The translations under genes were made by a program, and so were the position numbers. Below are positions 5,763 to 13,207 of a DNA stretch of 13,207 nucleotides, piece after piece. Origin of the DNA: Pseudobdellovibrionaceae bacterium (GTDB lineage: Bacteria > Bdellovibrionota > Bdellovibrionia > Bdellovibrionales > Bdellovibrionaceae); NCBI GenBank assembly GCA_041288045.1, contig JBGGMM010000042.1, positions 1-13,207 of the forward strand. The letters run 5' to 3'. Position 1 is the stretch's first letter, and every line of letters begins with the position of its first letter. The notes under the pieces were generated by a model. That model was not told the DNA's origin, did no database searches, and saw only the letters and a list, made by a program, of their open reading frames with translations.

Positions 5763-7373
5763 ATGAAAGAGTTTCTGAAAAATAAGTATTTTTTGTTTTC
5801 AACAGCCTTAGCCTTGCTGTCCATTTTAGGGGTCGGCTATCAAAATTGCGCAAAAACGCAGTTCACCCGAGAAATCGCCTCTGTCTCGACAAAAGCAGAC
5901 ACTGCAATCGACGATAACGGTCCCTTGCATCCAGCTGATTGTAGTTTCAATGGTGCGACTATTAAACATGGTGCCAGCGTCACTGCTTACAAACAATCCT
6001 CAGCCGCTTACAACCAATCCTGTCAGCCTGAAACCAGAGTTTGTAGCAATGGGGTCTTAAGTGGCTCTTTCAACTTTGGCTCTTGTTCCACTCAAGCTCC
6101 TGCGGCCTGTCTTTTTGACGGTCGGACAATTCCTCACGGTGAGAGTGTGAAAGCTTATCAGAATTCCACTGTCGGTCCTGGCGAAACTTGCGTGAAGCAA
6201 CACCGGGTCTGTCAAGATGGACACTTGACCGGAAGTTTCAGTTTTGGCCGCTGTGAAGTTGGAACTCGTTTGGCTTGTCTTTTTAACGGAAAAACAATTC
6301 CGCACGGGCAAGAAGTGACGGCATTCCAAAATTCTTCAGTCGATTATGGCCAGAGCTGCAAAAGCCAAAAGCGCAAATGCGACAATGGAGCTTTGACTGG
6401 ATGTTTCAGTTATGCGAGCTGTGCGCCTGAAGCTCCTGAATCTTGTCTCTTCAACGGCAAGACAATGGCTCATGGTGAAAGTGTCAAAGCTTATCAAACG
6501 AGCACCGTTCCTTTTGGTCAGTCTTGCGTTTCGCAAAACAGAGCTTGTAGCAATGGTAAGCTCAGCGGCTCTTACAAATTCGGAACCTGCAGCCCTGGCG
6601 AACCGGCTTCTTGCCAATTCAACGGTCAAACGCTGGCGCATGGTCAGTCTGTGGTTACTTATTCAAAGAGCACAGTTGAGTACGGACAGAAATGCGACTC
6701 TGTGAAAGCCACTCGCACTTGCCAAAACGGCAAAATGTCTGGCGATAGCTCTTTCAAATTTGCAAGTTGCCAAGTGGATCAGCCAGAAGCTTGCTTGTTC
6801 AAAGGAAAGACGATTGCTCACGGGCAGTCCATTCAGACTTATAAAAAATCAGAAGTGCCTTATGGGGCCAAGTGTGAATCTCAGAAGCGCACTTGTTCGA
6901 ACGGCAGCCTTTCTGGATCTTACAAAGAAGAAAGCTGTGAAGTCGAGCCGCCAAGAAGCTGTACTTTCAACGGTCAGACCATTCCAAGTGGTTCCAGCGT
7001 GAAAGCGTACCAAACTTCGAAAGTACCTTTCGGTCAAAGCTGCCGAGCTCAAAGCCGAACTTGCACCGACGGACAGTTGAGTGGTCAGTACACCAAGGGT
7101 TCTTGTGTCCAAGAAAAGCCGAAGTCTTGCAAGATCACCATCCGATACCCTGTTCGCAATGACGAAGGCGCTGTTTCAATCGAAGCGAAGAAAGTCAAAA
7201 TGAAGCATGGAGAGAAAAAGTTCCTCTACAGTGCTTACATTCAGTGGGGAAAATTGAAATCCGATAAGTGTTTGAACGGTGAGGAGCGAGTCTGCTACAA
7301 CGGCAAAGTCTCAGGCGATGGAACGAAGCGATTCGAATCCTGCGAATACCATCACATGGTGAACGGACACTGA
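5763..7373 (+). CDS. Cysteine-rich tandem-repeat lipoprotein (536 aa)
   Basis: G-rich RBS at 5754-5760 before ATG 5763 (alternative start 5742). Basic N-terminus plus hydrophobic core ending GYQNC (Cys at 5847), the xQNC lipoprotein-type signal common in Bdellovibrionota. Followed by repeats C.FNG.T..HG.SV..Y..S.V..G..C....R.C.NG.LSG.....SC. Confidence 0.85.
   Translation: MKEFLKNKYFLFSTALALLSILGVGYQNCAKTQFTREIASVSTKADTAIDDNGPLHPADCSFNGATIKHGASVTAYKQSSAAYNQSCQPETRVCSNGVLSGSFNFGSCSTQAPAACLFDGRTIPHGESVKAYQNSTVGPGETCVKQHRVCQDGHLTGSFSFGRCEVGTRLACLFNGKTIPHGQEVTAFQNSSVDYGQSCKSQKRKCDNGALTGCFSYASCAPEAPESCLFNGKTMAHGESVKAYQTSTVPFGQSCVSQNRACSNGKLSGSYKFGTCSPGEPASCQFNGQTLAHGQSVVTYSKSTVEYGQKCDSVKATRTCQNGKMSGDSSFKFASCQVDQPEACLFKGKTIAHGQSIQTYKKSEVPYGAKCESQKRTCSNGSLSGSYKEESCEVEPPRSCTFNGQTIPSGSSVKAYQTSKVPFGQSCRAQSRTCTDGQLSGQYTKGSCVQEKPKSCKITIRYPVRNDEGAVSIEAKKVKMKHGEKKFLYSAYIQWGKLKSDKCLNGEERVCYNGKVSGDGTKRFESCEYHHMVNGH
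5934..7370 (+). repeat. Seven tandem 56-aa (168-bp; unit 5 is 60 aa) four-Cys repeats plus one divergent terminal unit
   Basis: Units start at 5934, 6102, 6270, 6438, 6606, 6786, 6954, and the divergent unit at 7122. Read directly from the translation. Confidence 0.9.
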
Positions 7374-7407
7374 TTCGAAAACGAAATTGAATTGTGAGTG
7401 AAACACG

Positions 7408-7443
7408 AACCGGATCGGCAGAAATGTCGATCCGGTTTTTTTT
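7408..7443 (+). terminator. Rho-independent terminator between convergent genes
   Basis: AACCGGATCGGCA-GAAA-TGTCGATCCGGTT is a 13-bp stem (one G-U) with a GNRA tetraloop, followed by a T-run to 7443. It may also act on the minus-strand fibre gene. Confidence 0.9.
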
Positions 7444-7452
7444 GCTCAAGCA

Positions 7453-10400
7453 TTAAAGAGTGCGAGTGATGCGGATCACGATGTACTTTGCAGTTCCACC
7501 AGCAGCAGTGATATTGGCATCGATCGTTCCGTTGTTCGACTGAGTCGGAGTTCCATTCAATGTCCCAGAAGCGAAGCTGGCAGTTCCGCAAGTCAGAGCG
7601 CCTGTGAGAATCGAAGTGGCGGCACCTCCGGTGATAATCGGAGTCACAGTCGGAGAACCTGCATCGGCATAACATTCAACAGCGGTGATCGTCATAGTTG
7701 CGCCAGTCTTATTGGCGCAAACCACAGGTGTGTCGTTGTCATTGGCCAAAGCTGTCGAAGCAGAACCTGGATCGCCGATAACGATTTCACAAACTTGAAC
7801 TTTGGCAGCTGTTGGCAGATTGGCAGTGGCGACGTTCCCGAATGACAGAGCTCCAGAACCATTGGTTGTCAGAACCTGGCCGGCGGTTCCATCGCCCGAA
7901 GGCAATGCAAAGCTCACATCAGCGGATAAAGCGTCGGGAGCTTTCAGCGTAATGGTGTTAGTGCCATTGGCTGCGAGTTCTCGCATCAAGATCTGACCTG
8001 TATTTCCTGTGGATGTGCCTGTCGGACGAATTGTAATTGCGCCGCTGACGTCCAAGCTTGTGCCTGGGGCGGTTGTTCCGATCCCGACGTTTCCAGAGTT
8101 GATGATCCGCATGGATTCTTTAGATCCGTTGTTCCCAACTTTGAAATTGATGTAGTCAGTTCCACCAGCTGACTCTGTTGATTGAAGAGTCAGAGAACTA
8201 GAAGTGCTTCCACCGCCAATAACAGATAAATTCGAACCCGCAGAGCCACTGTTGCTTTTAATGACCGCAGTTGAGTCTGAAAGCATAATTGATCCGCCAT
8301 TTTGATAAATGTGGCCACTAAATTCAGAGTTTCCAACCACATCCAGTTTGGCATCCGGAGAAGTGGTTCCGATACCGACAGACCCATCTTGAGAGATCAC
8401 CATACGAGTGCTGTTGTTAGTAAGGAAAGCCAAAGGACGACTGTCTGTTGTTCCCAGAGAAGCATTGGCTCCGAAGGCATTTCCGCCGTTGATAAATGCA
8501 GTTGCAGATGTTGCGGCTGTCGACCAATAAAGTCCGCCAGAAGCATTGGTCGTCAAGACTTGACCGCTTGATCCATCAGCCGATGGAATTGTGAAGCTCA
8601 CGTCAGAAGCAATGGCATCCGGAGCTCGCAAAGTGACTGTGTTCACTCCGTTGGCATTCAATTCACGGAAAAGGACTCGACCTGTGCTGCCTGATGCAGT
8701 CCCAGTCGGGCCTGTGCGGATGGCACCTGAAACGTCAAGGCTTGCTGCTGGATTGAGAACTCCGATACCGACGTTGCCGCCGCGACCGTTGATAACTGTC
8801 GGCTTATAGCTAACACCTGTTTTCAAGGACTGGATAATCCCTGCATCAGAAAGGTAATCGTATCCAAGCTGCAATCGATACATGTTATCGGCACCAGAAA
8901 CTGCGGCAATTGCATAGCTTGTGTCAGTTGAAGCCGTGGTATCTGCATAGACATTCAGCACGCCAGAGTTGTTCGGGATCGCTCCACCAATGGCCACTTT
9001 GCCACTGGCGCGATAAAGATCTGAAGCACCAGAAGTTGTCCAATCAGCACTGGTTGTGCCACTTGCACTGACATCAATCCATTTCCAAACGCCAGAACCA
9101 GTGGTTGAAAGAACTTGGCCGCTGGATCCATCAGCTGAAGGCATTGTGAAGCTGACGTCGGCAGCGAGAGCATCGGGAGCTCTCAAAGTGACAGTGTTCG
9201 TGCCATTCGCAGCCAATTCGCGCATCAGAATCTGACCTGTGTTGCCTGATGAAGTTCCATAAGGACGTGAAGTGATCGCACCTGAGACATCCAAGCTTGT
9301 ACCAGGTGATGAGTTGCCGATACCAACATAACCAAGAGATGAAATTCGCATTCTCTCCGTCAAGCTGCCACCATTATCAACTGTTGAAAACTGTAGGCCG
9401 GCTGATCGCGTGGCGAAAGTGGCATTTGTCCAAATCGAGCTGATCTGGGCCATGTCGCGGTAAGCGGAGTTCATATAACCATCAAAGCGAAGGCCTGATC
9501 CGCTTCCAGTCGCAGGAGTTCCGCCAGAAGCTTGTGTCGATACAACCAGAGCAGTGTCCACAGTATTTGTCGAATTACTCACAGTTGTGTAGTAACCAGC
9601 AGGCCAGCTGCCTTGCGACCAAACTTCAAATCTTCCGTTGCCACCACCAAAACGAACGCCGTTGCTAGATCCATCATCAAAGTTGACAGATCCAGTCACG
9701 TCTAATGAATAGCCTGGAGATGTGTTGCCGATGCCCACGTTCCCGCTGGTTGCAATTTTCATTCGAGTGACGTTGTTGGTTTCAAAATTCAAAGCGTTGT
9801 TGTCATTGGTTCCTAATGTCGTTGCTCCGCCGAATGAGTTTCCACCATTAACGAAGGCGGTTGCGGAAGTTGCAGCTGTCGACCAGTAAAGTCCGCCAGA
9901 AGCATTGGTCGTTAAGACCTGGCCGCTCGAGCCATCAGCCGACGGAATTGTGAAGCTCACGTCAGAGGCGATATTATCTGGAGCGCGCAAAGAAACAGTG
10001 TTCGTGCCGTTCGTAGCCAGTTCTCGTAAGAGGATCTGTCCAGTATTTCCAGTCGAAGTTCCATAAGGACGTGAAGTGATCGCACCACTGACATCCAGAG
10101 AAGTGCCTGGAGCGCTTGTGCCGATGCCGACATTCCCTGAAGACATGATTCGCATTCTCTCATTGCCGACGTTGTTCAAAGTTGTCGCGAAGTAAAGGTC
10201 AGCGTTGAAGGTCGGGTGTGTGTGGTTGGTGACAACACTTGAGATTGTCGATGTTGGAAGTCGAGATGAGTTTGTTGATGAAGCTTGGAATCGCAATGTC
10301 GTGATGCTGCCGGTGGCTGCGGCACCATTGTTGTCAATTCGGAGTGGAATTGCTTCGGCTCCCGAAGCAGAAGTTGCAAAACGACCGGATTCACCACTTG

Positions 10401-13207
10401 GATTGATGAAATCATAAGCGTACTCGGGGGCGTAGCCACCAAAGGCAAATTTTCCATCTTGATAGACCTTCATGCGCTCAAGAGCATTGGTCTGGAAAAC
10501 CAGAGCGCCTTCTGCCGAGTTTGGCGATGTCGGCTGACCGGCAGAGAAGAACATATTCCCGCGCTGATTCGCTGAAGCCGAGTAAGAGTTACCGCGAGCC
10601 AAGAAGTAGGGACCATGAGCTTCAGATCCAGATCCAAGACCGGCGGCAAAGAATCCCATGCTCGCATCGACAGCACCTGAAGAAGAGGATCGCAGGTAAA
10701 TGAGGTTGTCAGTCGCGCCAGTTCCCTGATTGAGCAACAGACCACCATTCAGAGTCAGGCGGTTGGTGATGGCCACAGTTCCATCTTGAGAAATAGCCAT
10801 GCGAGTGGTGTTGTTGGTTTTCACGAGCAATGGAAAGTTATCAGTGGTTCCAAGAGTGGCGTCAGCAGAGTAGGCATTTCCACCTTGAGTGAAGAAAGTT
10901 CCGTTCAAGACAGAGCCTGCATTGTAACAGCCAGCAATCCCTGAAGCATCAAAGCTCACCAGCTGATTCAAGCCGCAAGTCAGAGAAATCAGAGCATTGC
11001 CTGTCCCGTTGGCTACGACGAGTGAGTTGGCAGTGAATGAAGTCGACGAAGTACCACCTTTTGAAACCGGTACTGTGTTCAAGGTCAAAATGCCAGCGTT
11101 TGAAATTGTCGCATCACCAGACATTGTCACCGCAGTGGCATCACCAGAGGCACTTCCAACCCAAATCTTGCCAGAAGCCAGCGAGTTCGACATCGCATCA
11201 GTGATTCCGTAGCCAGCGATCGTGGTCGGTTTATTTGAAAGATCCGCAAAATCCAAAGTGGTGTTGACCCAGTTGGTGCCATCATAACGTAGGACTTGTC
11301 CTGAAGCATAAGCAGCAGGGGAGAGGGCTTTACCCTTAATCTTATCGACAGACGTGGCATTGTAGGTACCGGTCACATCACCAGAGAAAGCAGTTGAAGT
11401 TCCAAGTTTTGCGGTAAACGTGTCGTAATCTGTTTTATTCAAAAGACCTGCAGTGGTTCCGGTATTGGAAGCCATTGGGATTTTCCAAGTGTGAGCGTCT
11501 GATCCCGAAGTGATTGTCGGAGTTGTCACTGAGTTATCAACACTGAATGCCAGAGTCTGAGTTTGGCCAGTTTGTCCACCCAATGAAGTCAAACCAGAAG
11601 AAGCGACTCCAAGCGTTTGAACAGCAGAACCATTCCAGTACTTAATGGCATTGGCCGTGGTATTAAACCAAGTTCTTCCTTTTTCTGCATTTCCCCAACC
11701 AGCAGTCGAAGGATCTGAACCGTGCTGTGAAAGAAGCAGATGCTTAGAGGCAGCCAATTCGATATTGCCCACATTGGTAATATCATAACCACCCATATTG
11801 AGGGCGCCAGCCATGGTGTCGCCAGCTTTATTGACAGGCGTATAACCAAGAGCATTTGTGACATCCGTGCTAGTCACAGAGATTGTTCCACTTGAAACCG
11901 TGATATTCGATCCAACCTGCACAATCCCTTTAGAAACAGCAGTTGCATCTGCATAAGCTTGAGAACCAGCAACTGTGATTCTTCCTTTAGCATCGACTGT
12001 GAATGAAGGAACCGCAGTGGCCGATCCATATGTCCCAGTTGAAACCCCAGTCGAAATCAAAGAAAGAAGGCCCGCATTTGAAAGAGTGGCATCGCCACTC
12101 ATGACGACAGCAGTCGCAGCATTGGAGGCATTCCCAATAAAGATCTGTCCATCATTCAACGAACCATTGGCAGGAGTGTAACCAAGAGCTGTTGTGACAT
12201 CTGCGGAGTTGATCTGAGAAGCTGAAAGCACGCGGCCTTTGGCATCGACCTGAACTTTGGTGTAAGTCCCAGCAGAAACTCCTGTTGTATCCAGAGTCAA
12301 AGTTCCAGCACTAGTGATCGTTGCATCACCAGAGACAATGCTGTTCACCCATGAAGTGCCGTCATAAATCATCAACTGGTTAGTAGCAGAAGCAGCCGTA
12401 ACAGCTTTACCTTTGATCTTATCAACGGAATTGTTGTTGTAGGTACCGGTCACATCGCCAGAAAAAGCAGTCGCAGTTCCAAGCTTGGCATTAAAGACAT
12501 CATAGTCAGCTTTGCTTAAAAGCCCAGCCGTCGTTCCAGTATTAGAAGCAAACGGGATTTTCAAAGTGATTGTGTCAGAACCAGCTGCGATTGTTGGCAA
12601 AGTCACAGAGTTATCAGTAGAAACCGCAATTGTTTGAGCGGTCCCAGTCTGGCCATTGATGGATTGAACTCCAGAACCCGCAACACCCAGAACCTTGATC
12701 GCTGATCCATCCCAATACTTCACTTCATTCGAAGTGGTGTTAAACCAAGTGAAACCTTTTTGTGTTCCATTCCATCCCGCAGTGCTTGGGTCTGAAGAAG
12801 TCTGGTAGAGACCCAAAGTTCCCAGCATCGAATCGCCAGCCTTATTCAAAGGAGTAAAGCCGAGAGCTGTTGTGATATCACCGCTGACAAGGTTCGCGCC
12901 AACAGTCACGCGACCTTTGGTATCAACAGTCAACTTCGAATAAGTTCCTGCGGCAACACCAGTCGTGTCCAAAGCCAAAATACCAGCATTATTGATTGTA
13001 GCGTCTCCCGAAACAGTCACAGCAGTGGCGTCGCCAGAAGCATTACCAACTAAGATTTTTCCAGAAGCCAATGATGAAGACATGGCATCGGTAATTCCAT
13101 AACCGGCAAGTGTTGTGGGCTTATTCGCGAGATCCGCAAAATCCAAGGCCGTATTCACCCAGTTGGTGCCATCGTAACGTAAGACTTGTCCCGAAGCATA
13201 AGCAGCA
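7453..13207 (-). CDS. Giant phage-tail-fibre-like trimeric adhesin (Bdellovibrio MAT-like beta-strand repeat protein), 5'-truncated, >1900 aa
   Basis: Frame is open from the window edge (AAYASGQVLRYDGTNWVNTALDF...) to TAA at 7453-7455. Tail-fibre motifs: KPTTLAGYGITDA, GVAAGTYSKLTVDTKGRVT, LGYTPVNKAGDTM, ATAVSKGIVQVG, VPVSKGGT, RM.I...GNVGIGT..P...LDV.G, and SLTCGLNQLVSF...GC. G/T/S/A/N-rich composition. Confidence 0.9.
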   Translation of the reverse strand, partial: AAYASGQVLRYDGTNWVNTALDFADLANKPTTLAGYGITDAMSSSLASGKILVGNASGDATAVTVSGDATINNAGILALDTTGVAAGTYSKLTVDTKGRVTVGANLVSGDITTALGFTPLNKAGDSMLGTLGLYQTSSDPSTAGWNGTQKGFTWFNTTSNEVKYWDGSAIKVLGVAGSGVQSINGQTGTAQTIAVSTDNSVTLPTIAAGSDTITLKIPFASNTGTTAGLLSKADYDVFNAKLGTATAFSGDVTGTYNNNSVDKIKGKAVTAASATNQLMIYDGTSWVNSIVSGDATITSAGTLTLDTTGVSAGTYTKVQVDAKGRVLSASQINSADVTTALGYTPANGSLNDGQIFIGNASNAATAVVMSGDATLSNAGLLSLISTGVSTGTYGSATAVPSFTVDAKGRITVAGSQAYADATAVSKGIVQVGSNITVSSGTISVTSTDVTNALGYTPVNKAGDTMAGALNMGGYDITNVGNIELAASKHLLLSQHGSDPSTAGWGNAEKGRTWFNTTANAIKYWNGSAVQTLGVASSGLTSLGGQTGQTQTLAFSVDNSVTTPTITSGSDAHTWKIPMASNTGTTAGLLNKTDYDTFTAKLGTSTAFSGDVTGTYNATSVDKIKGKALSPAAYASGQVLRYDGTNWVNTTLDFADLSNKPTTIAGYGITDAMSNSLASGKIWVGSASGDATAVTMSGDATISNAGILTLNTVPVSKGGTSSTSFTANSLVVANGTGNALISLTCGLNQLVSFDASGIAGCYNAGSVLNGTFFTQGGNAYSADATLGTTDNFPLLVKTNNTTRMAISQDGTVAITNRLTLNGGLLLNQGTGATDNLIYLRSSSSGAVDASMGFFAAGLGSGSEAHGPYFLARGNSYSASANQRGNMFFSAGQPTSPNSAEGALVFQTNALERMKVYQDGKFAFGGYAPEYAYDFINPSGESGRFATSASGAEAIPLRIDNNGAAATGSITTLRFQASSTNSSRLPTSTISSVVTNHTHPTFNADLYFATTLNNVGNERMRIMSSGNVGIGTSAPGTSLDVSGAITSRPYGTSTGNTGQILLRELATNGTNTVSLRAPDNIASDVSFTIPSADGSSGQVLTTNASGGLYWSTAATSATAFVNGGNSFGGATTLGTNDNNALNFETNNVTRMKIATSGNVGIGNTSPGYSLDVTGSVNFDDGSSNGVRFGGGNGRFEVWSQGSWPAGYYTTVSNSTNTVDTALVVSTQASGGTPATGSGSGLRFDGYMNSAYRDMAQISSIWTNATFATRSAGLQFSTVDNGGSLTERMRISSLGYVGIGNSSPGTSLDVSGAITSRPYGTSSGNTGQILMRELAANGTNTVTLRAPDALAADVSFTMPSADGSSGQVLSTTGSGVWKWIDVSASGTTSADWTTSGASDLYRASGKVAIGGAIPNNSGVLNVYADTTASTDTSYAIAAVSGADNMYRLQLGYDYLSDAGIIQSLKTGVSYKPTVINGRGGNVGIGVLNPAASLDVSGAIRTGPTGTASGSTGRVLFRELNANGVNTVTLRAPDAIASDVSFTIPSADGSSGQVLTTNASGGLYWSTAATSATAFINGGNAFGANASLGTTDSRPLAFLTNNSTRMVISQDGSVGIGTTSPDAKLDVVGNSEFSGHIYQNGGSIMLSDSTAVIKSNSGSAGSNLSVIGGGSTSSSLTLQSTESAGGTDYINFKVGNNGSKESMRIINSGNVGIGTTAPGTSLDVSGAITIRPTGTSTGNTGQILMRELAANGTNTITLKAPDALSADVSFALPSGDGTAGQVLTTNGSGALSFGNVATANLPTAAKVQVCEIVIGDPGSASTALANDNDTPVVCANKTGATMTITAVECYADAGSPTVTPIITGGAATSILTGALTCGTASFASGTLNGTPTQSNNGTIDANITAAGGTAKYIVIRITRTL
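7840..10137 (-). repeat. Four dispersed 255-bp (85-aa) constant modules inside the fibre gene
   Basis: G.VGIG...P..SLDVSGAI...P.GT..G.TG..L.REL..NG.NT..L.APD....DVSF..PS.DG..GQVL.T..SG at 9883-10137, 9079-9333, 8524-8778 and 7840-8094. Confidence 0.9.
11328..12792 (-). repeat. Duplicated ~129-aa block in the fibre stalk (offset 1077 bp)
   Basis: DPSTAGW...KG.TWFNTT.N..KYW.GSA...GQTG..QT...DNSVT.PTI..GSD..T.KIP.ASNTGTTAGLL.K.DYD.F.AKLGT.TAFSGDVTGTYN..SVDKIKGK at 12405-12792 and 11328-11715. Confidence 0.85.

Noticed and set aside
5934..7370. CRISPR-like periodicity
   Set aside because: The 168-bp period is a degenerate protein-coding repeat, with no identical direct repeats or spacers and no cas genes.
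7840..10137. DGR template/variable repeat pair or shufflon
   Set aside because: The repeats are all in-frame and direct, differences are not adenine-specific, and there is no reverse transcriptase, invertase or inverted crossover site in the window.
13156..13158. GTG start given for the 1901-aa ORF
   Set aside because: The frame is open to the window edge and the upstream codons continue an internal repeat, so the real start is outside the window.
7453..13207. Prophage tail locus
   Set aside because: Tail-fibre motifs are present but there are no other phage genes (baseplate, chaperone, integrase) in the window. This is more consistent with a host adhesin.

Overview
Bacterial window that most resembles a Bdellovibrionota (predatory bacterium) chromosome. 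This is an inference from the protein families present, not from a search. In order it contains: (1) the 3' part of a stand-alone IS200/RAYT-like Y1 HUH transposase; (2) an MltD-family lytic transglycosylase; (3) two small convergent secreted hypothetical proteins; (4) a ~657-aa secreted protein with a Gly/Ala-rich hydrophobic segment and a C-terminal domain resembling LuxI/FeeM-type acyltransferases; (5) a 'QNC' lipoprotein with 7+1 tandem 56-aa four-Cys repeats; (6) a strong intrinsic terminator; (7) the 3' 5.75 kb of a giant phage-tail-fibre-like mosaic adhesin (MAT-like) on the minus strand that runs off the window. The fibre alternates conserved 85-aa modules with unique domains and lacks an S74 chaperone. 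Most + strand genes are preceded by sigma-54-type (-24/-12) motifs, two of them exactly 28 nt from GG to ATG. No rRNA, tRNA or CRISPR array was seen.
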